This document shows, in pieces, positions 37,438 to 47,066 of a stretch of DNA of 64,000 bases. The notes beneath the pieces were generated by a model that worked only from the letters and a program-made list of their open reading frames with translations, did no database searches and was not told where the DNA came from. Source of the DNA: a virus (taxonomy: Duplodnaviria; Caudoviricetes); the IMG/VR virus record IMGVR_UViG_3300011242_000002, positions 160,001 through 224,000 of that record. One strand, written 5' to 3'. Each line of letters starts with the position of its first letter. Positions within the stretch are counted from its first letter, which is position 1. The position numbers and the translations under genes were made by a program.

Positions 37438-37453
37438 CTACATTACCCAGGTG
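37438..37453 (+). promoter_or_regulatory. phiKZ-type early promoter
   Basis: CTACATTAC-CCAGG-TG. Confidence 0.7.
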
Positions 37454-37526
37454 TGACCTAGTAAATCCGTACAAAGTCATGTCATGGTATACAGCGTGAT
37501 GACCCACTTCAATTGGAGGTATTTGA

Positions 37527-38156
37527 ATGTTCATACCAGGCGGTTACGACTCCCTCGGTGCTATTATGGGTAACGGCCGACCCCAGGAGAGTACGCTGGC
37601 CTATTTTGATAATCAGTATCAGAACATGCTGGCCGCAGCCCAATCGGTAGGCAACACTGCGCTGCAGCAAATCTACCAGATTGCCAACCAAACCTACACC
37701 CATGTAATGAACACCCGACCGTGGGAAATGGCGGAAGCGCTGATGCGCCAAACCACCCATCTGTTTGACCCGAACGCGATTCGTCAACTGTCTACGCTGG
37801 CCGAGCTGCAAACGGCCAAGCCGGTGATGCAGCGCTGGATCATGGCGATGCCAGAGATCCGCGAAATGTATCACAACAACCAGATTGACGGCTACTCGGC
37901 AACCTATGAAGATGCACAGCCAAGCAAGGTGGGGATCAACCACTACGACTGGCGTCGTGCGATGAACGGGATGCTGGTCCAGGATGAAGAAGCCGAAAGC
38001 TGGTCCGCTACCACCTTCACCGAAGAGCTGGTCGAGAACGATCGCGAACTGGCCCACTACGAGAAGGTCGATATTCTGGTGACCTGGTCGCAGGTGCAGC
38101 ATCAGCTGCAGACCCAGCAGTACGACCCAACGTCGGTGTGGAACAACAAACTGTAA
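37527..38156 (+). CDS. conserved chimallivirus core protein (phiKZ gp59/Imp3-like by synteny)
   Basis: MQRWIMAxP...IDGYS..Y....G..HYDWRR motif; position after gp55-like gene. Confidence 0.6.
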   Translation: MFIPGGYDSLGAIMGNGRPQESTLAYFDNQYQNMLAAAQSVGNTALQQIYQIANQTYTHVMNTRPWEMAEALMRQTTHLFDPNAIRQLSTLAELQTAKPVMQRWIMAMPEIREMYHNNQIDGYSATYEDAQPSKVGINHYDWRRAMNGMLVQDEEAESWSATTFTEELVENDRELAHYEKVDILVTWSQVQHQLQTQQYDPTSVWNNKL

Positions 38157-38209
38157 CAAACCGGTCTGGGGGCAACCCCAGACTTTTATATCGTTTAGAG
38201 GTAATTGAC

Positions 38210-38404
38210 ATGTTTCCTGGATTCGAACACTTCGACCAGATCTTTGCAGACAAGCAAAAACAAGCAGAGCAGCCGACTCCGCAATATTCACCGGAAAACC
38301 CTTTATACACCTACGGTTCGGGTACCACCGTGGTGAATGGCCAACAGCTGTATACTGCTGGTACCGCCTCTAGCGAAAAACAATACAACCTTTACTCCTA
38401 TTAA
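38210..38404 (+). CDS. small hypothetical protein
   Basis: GAGG RBS before ATG 38210. Confidence 0.55.
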   Translation: MFPGFEHFDQIFADKQKQAEQPTPQYSPENPLYTYGSGTTVVNGQQLYTAGTASSEKQYNLYSY

Positions 38405-38415
38405 GGATAACCCGT

Positions 38416-38949
38416 ATGACCTCTAAAAAGCGTAGTGAATTAATTGCTGATGTTGACCTCAGTCCCGTTCCTGTCACCGGCCACCCACGTTTAGCAATGA
38501 TGCCCGGTAAGGACTTTGTGAGTGAATCATTCCATCCGGCTCCTGGCAATCAACCCAAAGTCTTTGAAGAGAGCGAAGCACCTGAAATAAAGGGTGTCGT
38601 GCTTAAAGGTGCGAAGGGCGTGGTAAATGAAATCATCCCTAGTAAACATATCCCAATTGACGCAGAAGGTAACAAGGCTGAACTGTTAATGCATGCTGAA
38701 GAAGCTGATGATGAAACTTACGCACTACCGTATTTGGGTGCTGATTATGAAGGCAACGTGGCCTTTACGCGCCCGCGTCAGCTGAAGCGCAGCAAGAACC
38801 ATCAGCGTCACGGTTACAGCAAGCGTAAAGCCAAACGTCACGCCAGCTGGAACTGCGTGTACAAAGCCAGATTCAAAGAACGAGCTACCCGTCTTATGGG
38901 TTGGATGGAATCCTGCAGCGAGCTTAAGTTTGATAAAAAGGGTGCGTAA
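38416..38949 (+). CDS. hypothetical protein, acidic N-half and basic C-tail
   Basis: AAGGA RBS. Confidence 0.7.
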   Translation: MTSKKRSELIADVDLSPVPVTGHPRLAMMPGKDFVSESFHPAPGNQPKVFEESEAPEIKGVVLKGAKGVVNEIIPSKHIPIDAEGNKAELLMHAEEADDETYALPYLGADYEGNVAFTRPRQLKRSKNHQRHGYSKRKAKRHASWNCVYKARFKERATRLMGWMESCSELKFDKKGA

Positions 38950-39431
38950 TGGGGCTTAACAAGAAAGCACTGAAACACGCGGCGTATAAACGTTGTGGTC
39001 TTGGCGTAAAGCATTTGTTTAAATCAATTACTTCTTTGACCCGCACACCGCAACGTACTACCGAAGACGCCTTTCTGTACGTTAAGGCCGACCTGATCCC
39101 CTTGGTCAAAACCCAGTGGAAATACGGTAAGTTTCCGCAGAGACCTTCTGTGTATCGCTACGAGGTTAGTGAGGCGAGTCTACTCACTAACATGATGCCG
39201 GTGTCTGTCAATCCCGATGTCAAGGAAGTGGATGCAAACACCAACGAGCTGACCATTGAGTTCACTGCTATCAAGTCTGGTTATGACCCAATTAATCAAG
39301 CGCTTGTGGGTGGATTACACCCGGGTAGTTTCACCACTGTTTCACCACAGCGTTCTGCGCTGCACGAAACTCACCTGAGACTCATAGCGGCTCAGATGGA
39401 AAAGGCAGCCCAGAAAGACAATAATAATTAA
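38949..39431 (+). CDS. hypothetical protein
   Basis: TAATG overlap. Confidence 0.7.
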   Translation: MGLNKKALKHAAYKRCGLGVKHLFKSITSLTRTPQRTTEDAFLYVKADLIPLVKTQWKYGKFPQRPSVYRYEVSEASLLTNMMPVSVNPDVKEVDANTNELTIEFTAIKSGYDPINQALVGGLHPGSFTTVSPQRSALHETHLRLIAAQMEKAAQKDNNN

Positions 39432-39441
39432 GGAGATAAGG

Positions 39442-39771
39442 ATGTCGGTTCCATTTAATGCAGAACATTTAAAACGCAAAGGTCGTCTCCGTAATGACCC
39501 GCTGTATCACGGTGATGAGTGTGAATTACTGTACCATCAGATTGCCGCACTGAAGATCCAGTGCAAGCTGTACGCTGATTTGCTGAAAGATGACAAGTCC
39601 AAAGGCAATCGTGATATGTTCAACTGGCTGGTTGACCAGGTCCGCCGTTTCAAACTTCGCTATCAATACGCGTACCTGTTATCAGCACCATCGGACAAGC
39701 GCGGTAACGAGAAGTCTTACAACTGGTATCTTAACCGCCTGGCTAAACAGCTGGGTATTCAGCCGACATAA
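39442..39771 (+). CDS. hypothetical protein
   Basis: AAGGAG RBS. Confidence 0.7.
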   Translation: MSVPFNAEHLKRKGRLRNDPLYHGDECELLYHQIAALKIQCKLYADLLKDDKSKGNRDMFNWLVDQVRRFKLRYQYAYLLSAPSDKRGNEKSYNWYLNRLAKQLGIQPT

Positions 39772-39804
39772 AACAGGTAGGGGGAAACCCCTACCTTTTA
39801 TGCC
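39765..39804 (+). terminator. terminator with CGACATAA/TTATGCCG flanks
   Basis: AGGTAGGGG-GAAA-CCCCTACCT-TTTATGCCG. Confidence 0.8.
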
Positions 39805-39853
39805 GACCAGCGCTTTTATTTTTGTTTCTTTTGAGTTCCAGATTTTTTCACAC

Positions 39854-39869
39854 CTATATAACCCAGGTG
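39854..39869 (+). promoter_or_regulatory. phiKZ-type early promoter (variant)
   Basis: CTATATAAC-CCAGG-TG. Confidence 0.65.
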
Positions 39870-39921
39870 AATAAGAGCAATAAACATTGTTCACCTAACC
39901 CTTAACCTGTGAGGATTTACC

Positions 39922-40140
39922 ATGTCTGCTATCAGAACTATCGCTCTCGTCGTTTCTACTGGTATGGTTATTGTAGGCGGTGGATTGATTCTCGTTGAAA
40001 AACGCCGCATAAAGAAAAAGATCGAACGGATGAAAACCAGAAGCATCGTCGCACTCCAATCCATCAAGACTGAGTTTCCAGAAAACGAAGACGTTCAAAT
40101 CGCCTGCATTAACGCGATTAAGAAAATCAACGCAGCTTAA
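39922..40140 (+). CDS. small single-pass membrane protein
   Basis: N-terminal hydrophobic helix then KRRIKKK. Confidence 0.75.
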   Translation: MSAIRTIALVVSTGMVIVGGGLILVEKRRIKKKIERMKTRSIVALQSIKTEFPENEDVQIACINAIKKINAA

Positions 40141-40195
40141 TGTTTTACCCTGAATCCCGTAAACGTACATCACCCTTAACCTGTGAGGACTTATC

Positions 40196-40360
40196 ATGTC
40201 TACTAAAACTATCGTTGTTGCCAGCATCACTGTTGCCATCTTAGGTACTCTGGCGTACAAAGTTAACAAGTTTAAAAACGATGTAGTTAAAGCTTTCAAC
40301 GAAATTGACGCTGCGTCTGAAAAGGCTGTTAAAGAAACCGCTGATACGCCTAACGCATAA
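40196..40360 (+). CDS. 54-aa single-pass membrane protein (not in ORF track)
   Basis: GAGGA RBS; MSTKTIVVASITVAILGTLAYKVNKFK... Confidence 0.75.
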   Translation: MSTKTIVVASITVAILGTLAYKVNKFKNDVVKAFNEIDAASEKAVKETADTPNA

Positions 40361-40429
40361 TCAAACGCCATACCTTCGTTTCTTGTAATACCCAACTCTA
40401 AACTAAACTCTACCTGTAAGGAATATACC

Positions 40430-40663
40430 ATGACTACTACCACTACTACTGCTACCCAGACTGAAACCATCTCCGTATCTAACGCAATGGGTCGTATGAA
40501 GAAAACCGCCCTGATCGCCACCACCGTAGGCGGTCTGGCAGTCGCTGCCTTCTACGGTTACAAACTGTACAAGAAAGGCAAAGCCATCGTTGAAGTGGTT
40601 GCTGAGCCGGCTGCAGATGAAGCCGCTACCGAGACCACCGAAACCGTTGCTGACGCAGCCTAA
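40430..40663 (+). CDS. small single-pass membrane protein
   Basis: TALIATTVGGLAVAAFYGYKLYKK; acidic tail. Confidence 0.75.
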   Translation: MTTTTTTATQTETISVSNAMGRMKKTALIATTVGGLAVAAFYGYKLYKKGKAIVEVVAEPAADEAATETTETVADAA

Positions 40664-40723
40664 CCTTTTCGACCTGGCCTCCACGGAGGCCTCTTTATTA
40701 CCTTGACCTGTGAGACGACCACC

Positions 40724-41182
40724 ATGACCACTTTCTTTGACGACTATTTCTGGGCCATCGCTACCACGCTGGTATTCGTGATGTTTGTAATTGGCTCTTT
40801 CTATTACAGCACCACGAACCACCATGCCCATCGCGCCGCTCTGGCGTGGATCGGCAAGGAGATTAATCTGGCGGAATACGATCACCAGGCGAACCTGCGC
40901 ATCATGATGCGTAACCTCGATCGTGAGCTGAACTTCAGCCGTCGTGAGCTGTACGCGCAAAACCTGCGCAACGACGTGAAGCTGGTGAACGACGCCCAAT
41001 CCGATCTGCTGACCAGCCGTCAGCAGCTGGTGTTGCTGGACTCCCTGCTCGCCATCAAAACCCGTTCGCACCATGCGCGCAAGATCACCCAAGTCCGCAC
41101 CGTAAAAGACATCGTTGAAATCGCCGCCAAGCACGTAGACGATAACAACGTCAGCATCGCACCCCGTGCGTTGTTTAGCTGA
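40724..41182 (+). CDS. membrane-anchored coiled-coil protein
   Basis: N-terminal TM segment FWAIATTLVFVMFVIGSFYY. Confidence 0.7.
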   Translation: MTTFFDDYFWAIATTLVFVMFVIGSFYYSTTNHHAHRAALAWIGKEINLAEYDHQANLRIMMRNLDRELNFSRRELYAQNLRNDVKLVNDAQSDLLTSRQQLVLLDSLLAIKTRSHHARKITQVRTVKDIVEIAAKHVDDNNVSIAPRALFS

Positions 41183-41284
41183 TCATTGCTTTTGCCTGCA
41201 TGATGCAGGCAGACCCGGTTCATCCCCCGGGTCTTTTTTTTTTTGGTTAAATCTCTATGTAGAACCTGGAGAGAGGAATCGTCG

Positions 41285-41692
41285 ATGTGCGCAAAGAAAG
41301 TGGTGGCCACCATGTCCACCGACGGCTGGGTTGTTGCCGTAAAGCAGCGGGTCGATCGCCTGTTTGGCTATTGGCTGGCTAACCAGAAGTCCCAGTCGTA
41401 CCTGTGTCATGACAGCATTGCGTCGTTTCAGTACGACATTCAGCAGCATACCGATAACCCGGATGCGCTGGCGGCAACCGCTGGGCGTAATCTGGAAACC
41501 TATCTGGCCGGGCACTTTGATGCGGTAACGGTAACCACCAACATCAAGTATCCAGCCGGTAACCCCAACAGCAGCTTCTTCCAGCTGGAGTTTGACGTTA
41601 AGCTGCGCGAAGCCGATATCGGCTACGACGTCGGCAGAATCCTGGTTGAAGTGAAGAACGGTATTTTTAGAACTATTACGGAAGGACAATAA
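41285..41692 (+). CDS. conserved phiKZ-family core protein
   Basis: TMSTDGWV..D.LF.YW..QS pattern; GAGGA RBS. Confidence 0.65.
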   Translation: MCAKKVVATMSTDGWVVAVKQRVDRLFGYWLANQKSQSYLCHDSIASFQYDIQQHTDNPDALAATAGRNLETYLAGHFDAVTVTTNIKYPAGNPNSSFFQLEFDVKLREADIGYDVGRILVEVKNGIFRTITEGQ

Positions 41693-41694
41693 GC

Positions 41695-42294
41695 ATGGTC
41701 GATGTTAATCAGATTCACCACGAAACGGGAAGCCGCGCCGAAGAGCGTATTGCCCGGGCGTTTCAGAACTACCCCAACCCGCAGATTCAAGAGCACGTGT
41801 TCACCACCACTTTCCTGCCCATGTTCGTTGGCGGGGGTCCGTTCATGAACGTTGATGCCTGGCGCGCCGTTGCTGGGTCGTTGAATAAAGAGGTGGACGT
41901 GTTCCGCGGGGACGAATACCTGTACACCATCCCACCGGTGCAGCTGGAGACCCGTTCGGTGATCTCCGAACGCGCAGCCGGACAGGGGATGAGCAGCACG
42001 CTCAACGGCGCCTTCATTAACATGGCCGATGATCCGAAAGACCCTAACCTGCTGATGCTGGTCAGCAGTCAGGTGGATCAGGCCGAAGACATGGTGGTTG
42101 ATACCTCGGAAGAGAACCTGGCACGCTGGAAGGCGATCTTTGAGCGTTACGGGATTGACTACCTGGCGGTGCGCGCTGAAGTGGGACGGATCAGGTTTGG
42201 GGTTGATGTAAAAGACAACATTAACGACTCATCTTCTAAGAAGAGTAAAATTGAGGAGATTGAGTTCGATGACAACGGAGACTTTGCGTACTAA
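41695..42294 (+). CDS. conserved phiKZ-family core protein
   Basis: E..F...FLP...W..VAG....VDV....YTIPP pattern; operonic. Confidence 0.65.
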   Translation: MVDVNQIHHETGSRAEERIARAFQNYPNPQIQEHVFTTTFLPMFVGGGPFMNVDAWRAVAGSLNKEVDVFRGDEYLYTIPPVQLETRSVISERAAGQGMSSTLNGAFINMADDPKDPNLLMLVSSQVDQAEDMVVDTSEENLARWKAIFERYGIDYLAVRAEVGRIRFGVDVKDNINDSSSKKSKIEEIEFDDNGDFAY

Positions 42295-43414
42295 AACGCC
42301 CAATCGAATTCGAATGATCCAAACCGGCGACGTGCATTTGTGTCATGGCCGCACCCCTACCTGGAACGTGATTCGTAGCCTGAACTACATGTTCTATGAA
42401 AACGAGTCGCTGAAAGACGTCGACATTGTCGTTTTAGCGGGTGACGTTTGGGATTCTTTGACGGCGATGTCGCACGCCGACGCGGAGTTGTCCCGTCAGT
42501 GGATTCGCCGTTTTGTCGAAGACTGTGCGGCTAACGACGTTATTCTGCGGGTCATGGAAGGCACCCCCGATCACGACCGTAAGCAGTCCAGGGAGTTTGT
42601 GCTTCATGAGACCAGCTGCGACATCAAGCACGTGACCGAGCTGTGCGTGGAGTTCATTGAACGTCTGGGGTTATGGTTTTTGTGGGTGCCTGACGAGATT
42701 CGTATCAACCACGAAGAAATCTGGAAGGCCACCTGTGAAGTGATGGCCGCAGCCGGTTTGGAGAAGGTACACTTTGCGATTATGCACGGGGCCTTTGATT
42801 TCCACTTCCCACCGGCGATGAACATCCCCGCACACGACACTTCGCGCTACAGCGGATTGGTGGAGTACGCGGTGTTGGTTAACCACATCCATAAAGCGGC
42901 GCATCGGGAAAAGGTTTGGGGTCCAGGTTCACCGGATCGCCTGGCGCACGGTGAAGAGGGAGAAAAGGGTTATCACCGCATCACCATCAACATCCCGCAA
43001 ACGAAGATGGAGCTGCAGTGGATTCGCAACCCTCACGCCTGGAGCTACCGCGCCATTAACGTGCGCGGCAAGACGCTGGATGAAATCATTCCTCTGGCTC
43101 GAGAGATTGCCACCCCATTACATAGTGGGGCCTGGGTGCGTTTGGACTTCGGTGATCCCACCATTATGTCCGGCGCCCTGGTAACTTTGCGTCAGGAGAT
43201 TCCCCACGTACAGTGGGAGATCAAAAACGAGAAGAAGAAAGGGGTGGTGGCCGATAAGACGGTGTACAAGCAGGAACGTTACACCGGCGTGCAGGTGACA
43301 CGCGATAACGCGCTCGGGGTCATTACCAGCTGGCTTCAGCAAAAGCAGTTGCTGCCTCCGGAGCAGCAGCCGATGCTGGGACGCCTGTTTGACACTGCTA
43401 ATCAGGAGCTGTAA
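42269..43414 (+). CDS. SbcD/Mre11-like metallophosphoesterase nuclease
   Basis: GDVH, AGDVWD, GTPDHD, MHG, NHIH, GSPDRLAHGE. Confidence 0.88.
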   Translation: MTTETLRTKTPNRIRMIQTGDVHLCHGRTPTWNVIRSLNYMFYENESLKDVDIVVLAGDVWDSLTAMSHADAELSRQWIRRFVEDCAANDVILRVMEGTPDHDRKQSREFVLHETSCDIKHVTELCVEFIERLGLWFLWVPDEIRINHEEIWKATCEVMAAAGLEKVHFAIMHGAFDFHFPPAMNIPAHDTSRYSGLVEYAVLVNHIHKAAHREKVWGPGSPDRLAHGEEGEKGYHRITINIPQTKMELQWIRNPHAWSYRAINVRGKTLDEIIPLAREIATPLHSGAWVRLDFGDPTIMSGALVTLRQEIPHVQWEIKNEKKKGVVADKTVYKQERYTGVQVTRDNALGVITSWLQQKQLLPPEQQPMLGRLFDTANQEL

Positions 43415-43416
43415 CT

Positions 43417-44220
43417 ATGGACCAACGGACGATCGGGATGTTACCCATCTCGGTGGGGACGTCGCTCGCATTTGAAGCCTTGATTGCCAATCCCAAGCAC
43501 CAGATCGACAACCTGATGATCAACGTTGACACCGTCTTTCGTAATGCCTACCAGGCCTATGAAACCAAGGTGCGCGATCGCCTAACCGTGGATCAGCTGT
43601 ATCAGGATGTGATTCAGGACCTTGGCGGGATTTATGAAATCCTCGGTAAAATCGGACAAAACCGCACACCTAATATGGTAGCGTATTACTGCAGCTACGC
43701 CGGGTTAGCGAAACGTTTTCCGTTAGCCAAGCTGTGGCAGCCTGATACGGAGATCCAGCGGCGCTACGCAGCGTTGCAGGATAAGGTATTGAAGCGCTTA
43801 CTTAGCCAGCTGCGCGGTCACATCCGCCTACAGGACCACACCATCCCCAATGGTATACGCCACACCTATGTGCTGACCCACCACATGATCGACCTGCTGG
43901 TGCCGAAAGGTTACGGTGAGCTGACGCTGTTGGAGTCCCATACCGCGGCGTTAAAGCAGCCTAACCAGTGGAACAGCAAGCTGACCGGTGGTGCGAAAGC
44001 GCTGGAGCGGATTCCGTTTAACGCGCTGACGCTTCAGGTGTTTGGGGATAACTCCACCAACTTTAAGATGAACGCCTTTAAGTATAAGGTGGCGGTGCAC
44101 GAGTTAGCCGAAAAGTATAAATGGACGCCGTCCACCAACGTGGAGCGCGTTAAATTAGGGATTTCCAGCGTAACCGATTTGGATCTACGCGAAAGCCTTT
44201 CACAGATGCTCAACGCATAA
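43417..44220 (+). CDS. conserved phiKZ-family protein, PIN/5'-nuclease-like fold
   Basis: ISVGTSLA, INVDTVFRN, THH..DLL, LLESHT, VFGD; syntenic with phiKZ gp66. Confidence 0.55.
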   Translation: MDQRTIGMLPISVGTSLAFEALIANPKHQIDNLMINVDTVFRNAYQAYETKVRDRLTVDQLYQDVIQDLGGIYEILGKIGQNRTPNMVAYYCSYAGLAKRFPLAKLWQPDTEIQRRYAALQDKVLKRLLSQLRGHIRLQDHTIPNGIRHTYVLTHHMIDLLVPKGYGELTLLESHTAALKQPNQWNSKLTGGAKALERIPFNALTLQVFGDNSTNFKMNAFKYKVAVHELAEKYKWTPSTNVERVKLGISSVTDLDLRESLSQMLNA

Positions 44221-44245
44221 AAGAACCATTAACAGGAGTTTTACA

Positions 44246-44983
44246 ATGTCACGTCCACAGTTCACCCCACGCGAGAAGTCCTACCTTAACGACTGGAACA
44301 TGGGTCTGAAAGGTCCGGTGCAAAACGGTGCCCAGCACCCGTCTGAATTTAAAATGGTGATGGCCGGTAACCACGTGGCAATCCAGGTGGAATCCAAGCT
44401 CAAAGACGCCAAGAACTACGGTCGCTTTGAAGTAAAGGTCCCGCTGATGTCGGCGGTGGGTTTCCTGCGTGCTATCAAAACCATGCTGGATAACCCGTCC
44501 AAAACCAAGATGGCTTACGCCATGAAGGATTACATCTTCTTTGGTCCGGGCAAGAAATCCGATAACCCAATGGAGAAAGGTAAACTGACCATCGGTCGTG
44601 ACGGCGACGGTTGCCTGTATATGGGTCTGTCCGGTAAGGACATCACCCCGATCAAGTTCATCTTTGCGCTGTCCATGTACGACGAGCTGTTTGGTGAAGA
44701 CGGTCAGCGTGCGAGCCAGGCCGAAGAATCCAACTTTGCCGGCTGGGTGTTCTACGACACCTACATGGGGATGTTGCCGGTCATCGCCACTATGTACTAC
44801 AAAGAGCCTGAGCCGAAGAACCCGCAGGGTGGTAACGGCGGCGGCAATAACAGCTACGGCGGCGGTCAGCAGAACCGTGGCGGCGGTAACAGCTATGGTG
44901 GCGGCAATAACGGCGGTAACTACGGTGGCGGTAATTCAGGCGGTGGCTCTACCGGCGGATTCGATTCCGATATCCCGTTCTAA
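44246..44983 (+). CDS. chmC: ChmC-like nucleus-associated nucleic-acid-binding protein (phiKZ gp67-like)
   Basis: Compact domain plus G/N/Y-rich tail ending FDSDIPF; just upstream of the gp68-like gene. Confidence 0.7.
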   Translation: MSRPQFTPREKSYLNDWNMGLKGPVQNGAQHPSEFKMVMAGNHVAIQVESKLKDAKNYGRFEVKVPLMSAVGFLRAIKTMLDNPSKTKMAYAMKDYIFFGPGKKSDNPMEKGKLTIGRDGDGCLYMGLSGKDITPIKFIFALSMYDELFGEDGQRASQAEESNFAGWVFYDTYMGMLPVIATMYYKEPEPKNPQGGNGGGNNSYGGGQQNRGGGNSYGGGNNGGNYGGGNSGGGSTGGFDSDIPF

Positions 44984-45069
44984 GCAGTAAACAACCATAA
45001 ACGCAGTGGCATTTAACAGGAGGGTTGCTTTGGCAGCCTTCCTGTTATTCCGATCAGGAGAATAAAAAC

Positions 45070-45345
45070 ATGTTACCTCAGTTCCAGTGTATTAAGAAAG
45101 TGCGTGCGGGGAAGATCGTGGAGATTGCCCGCCCGGTCGAAACCACTACCGGGGAAGTTGACCTGAAGCTGGTAGTCGGTCAGAATACCCACCATACGGT
45201 GCGGGTAACCATGGGCTACATGAACCAGCACCGCCCGCACGTCGGCGGTTACTTCGTCGAATACGAAGGTGGTTACCAGTCGTTCTCGCCGGGTGACGTC
45301 TTTGAGAAAGGCTATGTTGAACTGCCTGCAGTAGTACCTTTCTAA
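45070..45345 (+). CDS. small phage protein, GYxVxYxxGYxSxSP family
   Basis: PHVGGYFVEYEGGYQSFSPGDVFEKGY; AGGAG RBS. Confidence 0.75.
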   Translation: MLPQFQCIKKVRAGKIVEIARPVETTTGEVDLKLVVGQNTHHTVRVTMGYMNQHRPHVGGYFVEYEGGYQSFSPGDVFEKGYVELPAVVPF

Positions 45346-45470
45346 ACCATGGCCAGGGGTCACACCCTGGCCCTTATGCCCGTTCTGCCTAGGGCCCTGT
45401 GTTTTTCCTGACATATTCCGTACACTCTATAAGTGTCCGTATCAACGCAGTAATCAATGATTTTTAAAGC

Positions 45471-45486
45471 CTACATTACCTATATG
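45471..45486 (+). promoter_or_regulatory. phiKZ-type early promoter
   Basis: TTTTTAAAG-C-CTACATTAC-CTATA-TG. Confidence 0.75.
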
Positions 45487-45512
45487 TGTAAGCAATCCTA
45501 AGGACCCGTAAG

Positions 45513-47054
45513 ATGAACTTAACCTACACCAGTAAACCTTCGACTGCCGATATCTATTTGGCAAACATTCTGGTTAACCATAATGACGAATCCATTACGT
45601 TTAATCAGGACGCGTTTTTCAAATCGGCGCAAAAGGACCATCAGGGGACGTTCGATGAACTCAACGGTTACATCGCCTCGTACCTGAGCCCGCAGCAGCA
45701 GACACAGCTGTTTAGCGTGTACAAGCGGATTCGCTATGTGTTGGATACGGAACAACCCACACCGAAGGTGTTGTTACCCTTACTGCAGCCGCTGGTGCAG
45801 GAGATGTACAGCCTGGTTAACTTAAATGACGTTAACCGTTACATGTATGAAAACAACCTGACCCGCGTGCCGGTAGCGATCCCGGACGTCCTGCCGCAAA
45901 CCAAGGAGTACTCGCACGCCACCACCTACGTGAAGGCCGACTACGTACGCCTGGTTAACCTGGTGGTATTGCTGCACCTGATGGCGCCGGTGATTGCGGA
46001 CTACGTCAATGCGGTTAGCGAAGTGACCGGGAAGCAGTTTAAGGAATCCGCCGCATTGGCACTGTTCCAGTACGCCAACATCATGCACGCTCCGGAAATG
46101 ATCAAGGTGAAGGACTACATCAAAGCCCACTGCGATAAGAAACCGGTGCCGTTGTCAGCCACCTTAGCCGGGCTGTCGGAAAAGAGCTTCCCGGACTGGA
46201 TGCTGGCCTCGGTCATTGCCCGTCGCCTGTGTATCAACCACGTCCGCCGGGGTGATGACAGCGGACACCTGGTGGCGCAGATCTACATGCACATCCAGTT
46301 CAACATCAAGCTGGACGGCAAGTTTGGTGGTGGGGTCATGGCCAAGTCCGGTCGTCACGTAGCCGGGGAGGACGAGCAGGAAAAACCTGTTATTGAAAGC
46401 TGGAAGACCAAGCAGGAGATTTATGAAACCGACATTCAGATCTGTGAGGACGGCTTTGCCGATGTCTACTTTGCCGCATCATTCTGCGCGCCTGACGTAC
46501 CCAAGGATAAGCTGGATCTCTGTCTACGGGCAATTCCCAACGACTGGAACTTTGAGCTTACACCCCACCAGACCATGCTTATGCAGTGGGTTGGTGCGAA
46601 ATTCATCCCACCTAACGCGGTACCGTATTTCGGGTATGCGGTAGATATGGCGCTGCTGGCGATTACCCAAGCTGCCCTGTGGCATCGAGGTTTCGTTCAG
46701 CTGGCGGCCATTGTGGGCACCTACCGTACCGAGCAGATCAGTGAAGAGCTGCCGGTGCCCCAGCTGGCGCTGACGCAAAACGTCAAAGCCGAGTTGGAAA
46801 AGATGTACAACATTCAGCTTGATAAACGCCAGGGTACCAATGACGGGCTGGTGCAGCGCACCTTAGACCTGTTTACCAATTCGGTCATGATTGGTACCTA
46901 TCGCGTGGTGGGGCCCGACCAGCTGTTAGCTGAGTCCCAGGTCGTGGATTACGATCGCTTCCTGGTGGTCCCTAATAACTTAAACTTCCTGCTGGCTGAC
47001 CTTATTCGTCACGTCGCCCTGGAAGGCCAAATTGCACCAACTAATAACCTGTAA
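45513..47054 (+). CDS. nvRNAP promoter-specificity subunit (phiKZ gp68-like)
   Basis: 513 aa, helical, TY...DY..L motif; synteny gp67-68-69-70-71. Confidence 0.7.
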   Translation: MNLTYTSKPSTADIYLANILVNHNDESITFNQDAFFKSAQKDHQGTFDELNGYIASYLSPQQQTQLFSVYKRIRYVLDTEQPTPKVLLPLLQPLVQEMYSLVNLNDVNRYMYENNLTRVPVAIPDVLPQTKEYSHATTYVKADYVRLVNLVVLLHLMAPVIADYVNAVSEVTGKQFKESAALALFQYANIMHAPEMIKVKDYIKAHCDKKPVPLSATLAGLSEKSFPDWMLASVIARRLCINHVRRGDDSGHLVAQIYMHIQFNIKLDGKFGGGVMAKSGRHVAGEDEQEKPVIESWKTKQEIYETDIQICEDGFADVYFAASFCAPDVPKDKLDLCLRAIPNDWNFELTPHQTMLMQWVGAKFIPPNAVPYFGYAVDMALLAITQAALWHRGFVQLAAIVGTYRTEQISEELPVPQLALTQNVKAELEKMYNIQLDKRQGTNDGLVQRTLDLFTNSVMIGTYRVVGPDQLLAESQVVDYDRFLVVPNNLNFLLADLIRHVALEGQIAPTNNL

Positions 47055-47066
47055 GGAGAGAGTAAA

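Noticed and set aside
44246-44983. Host-type SSB call from the DIPF tail
   Set aside because: No OB-fold SSB signature visible; position and G/N tail fit the ChmC/gp67 family better
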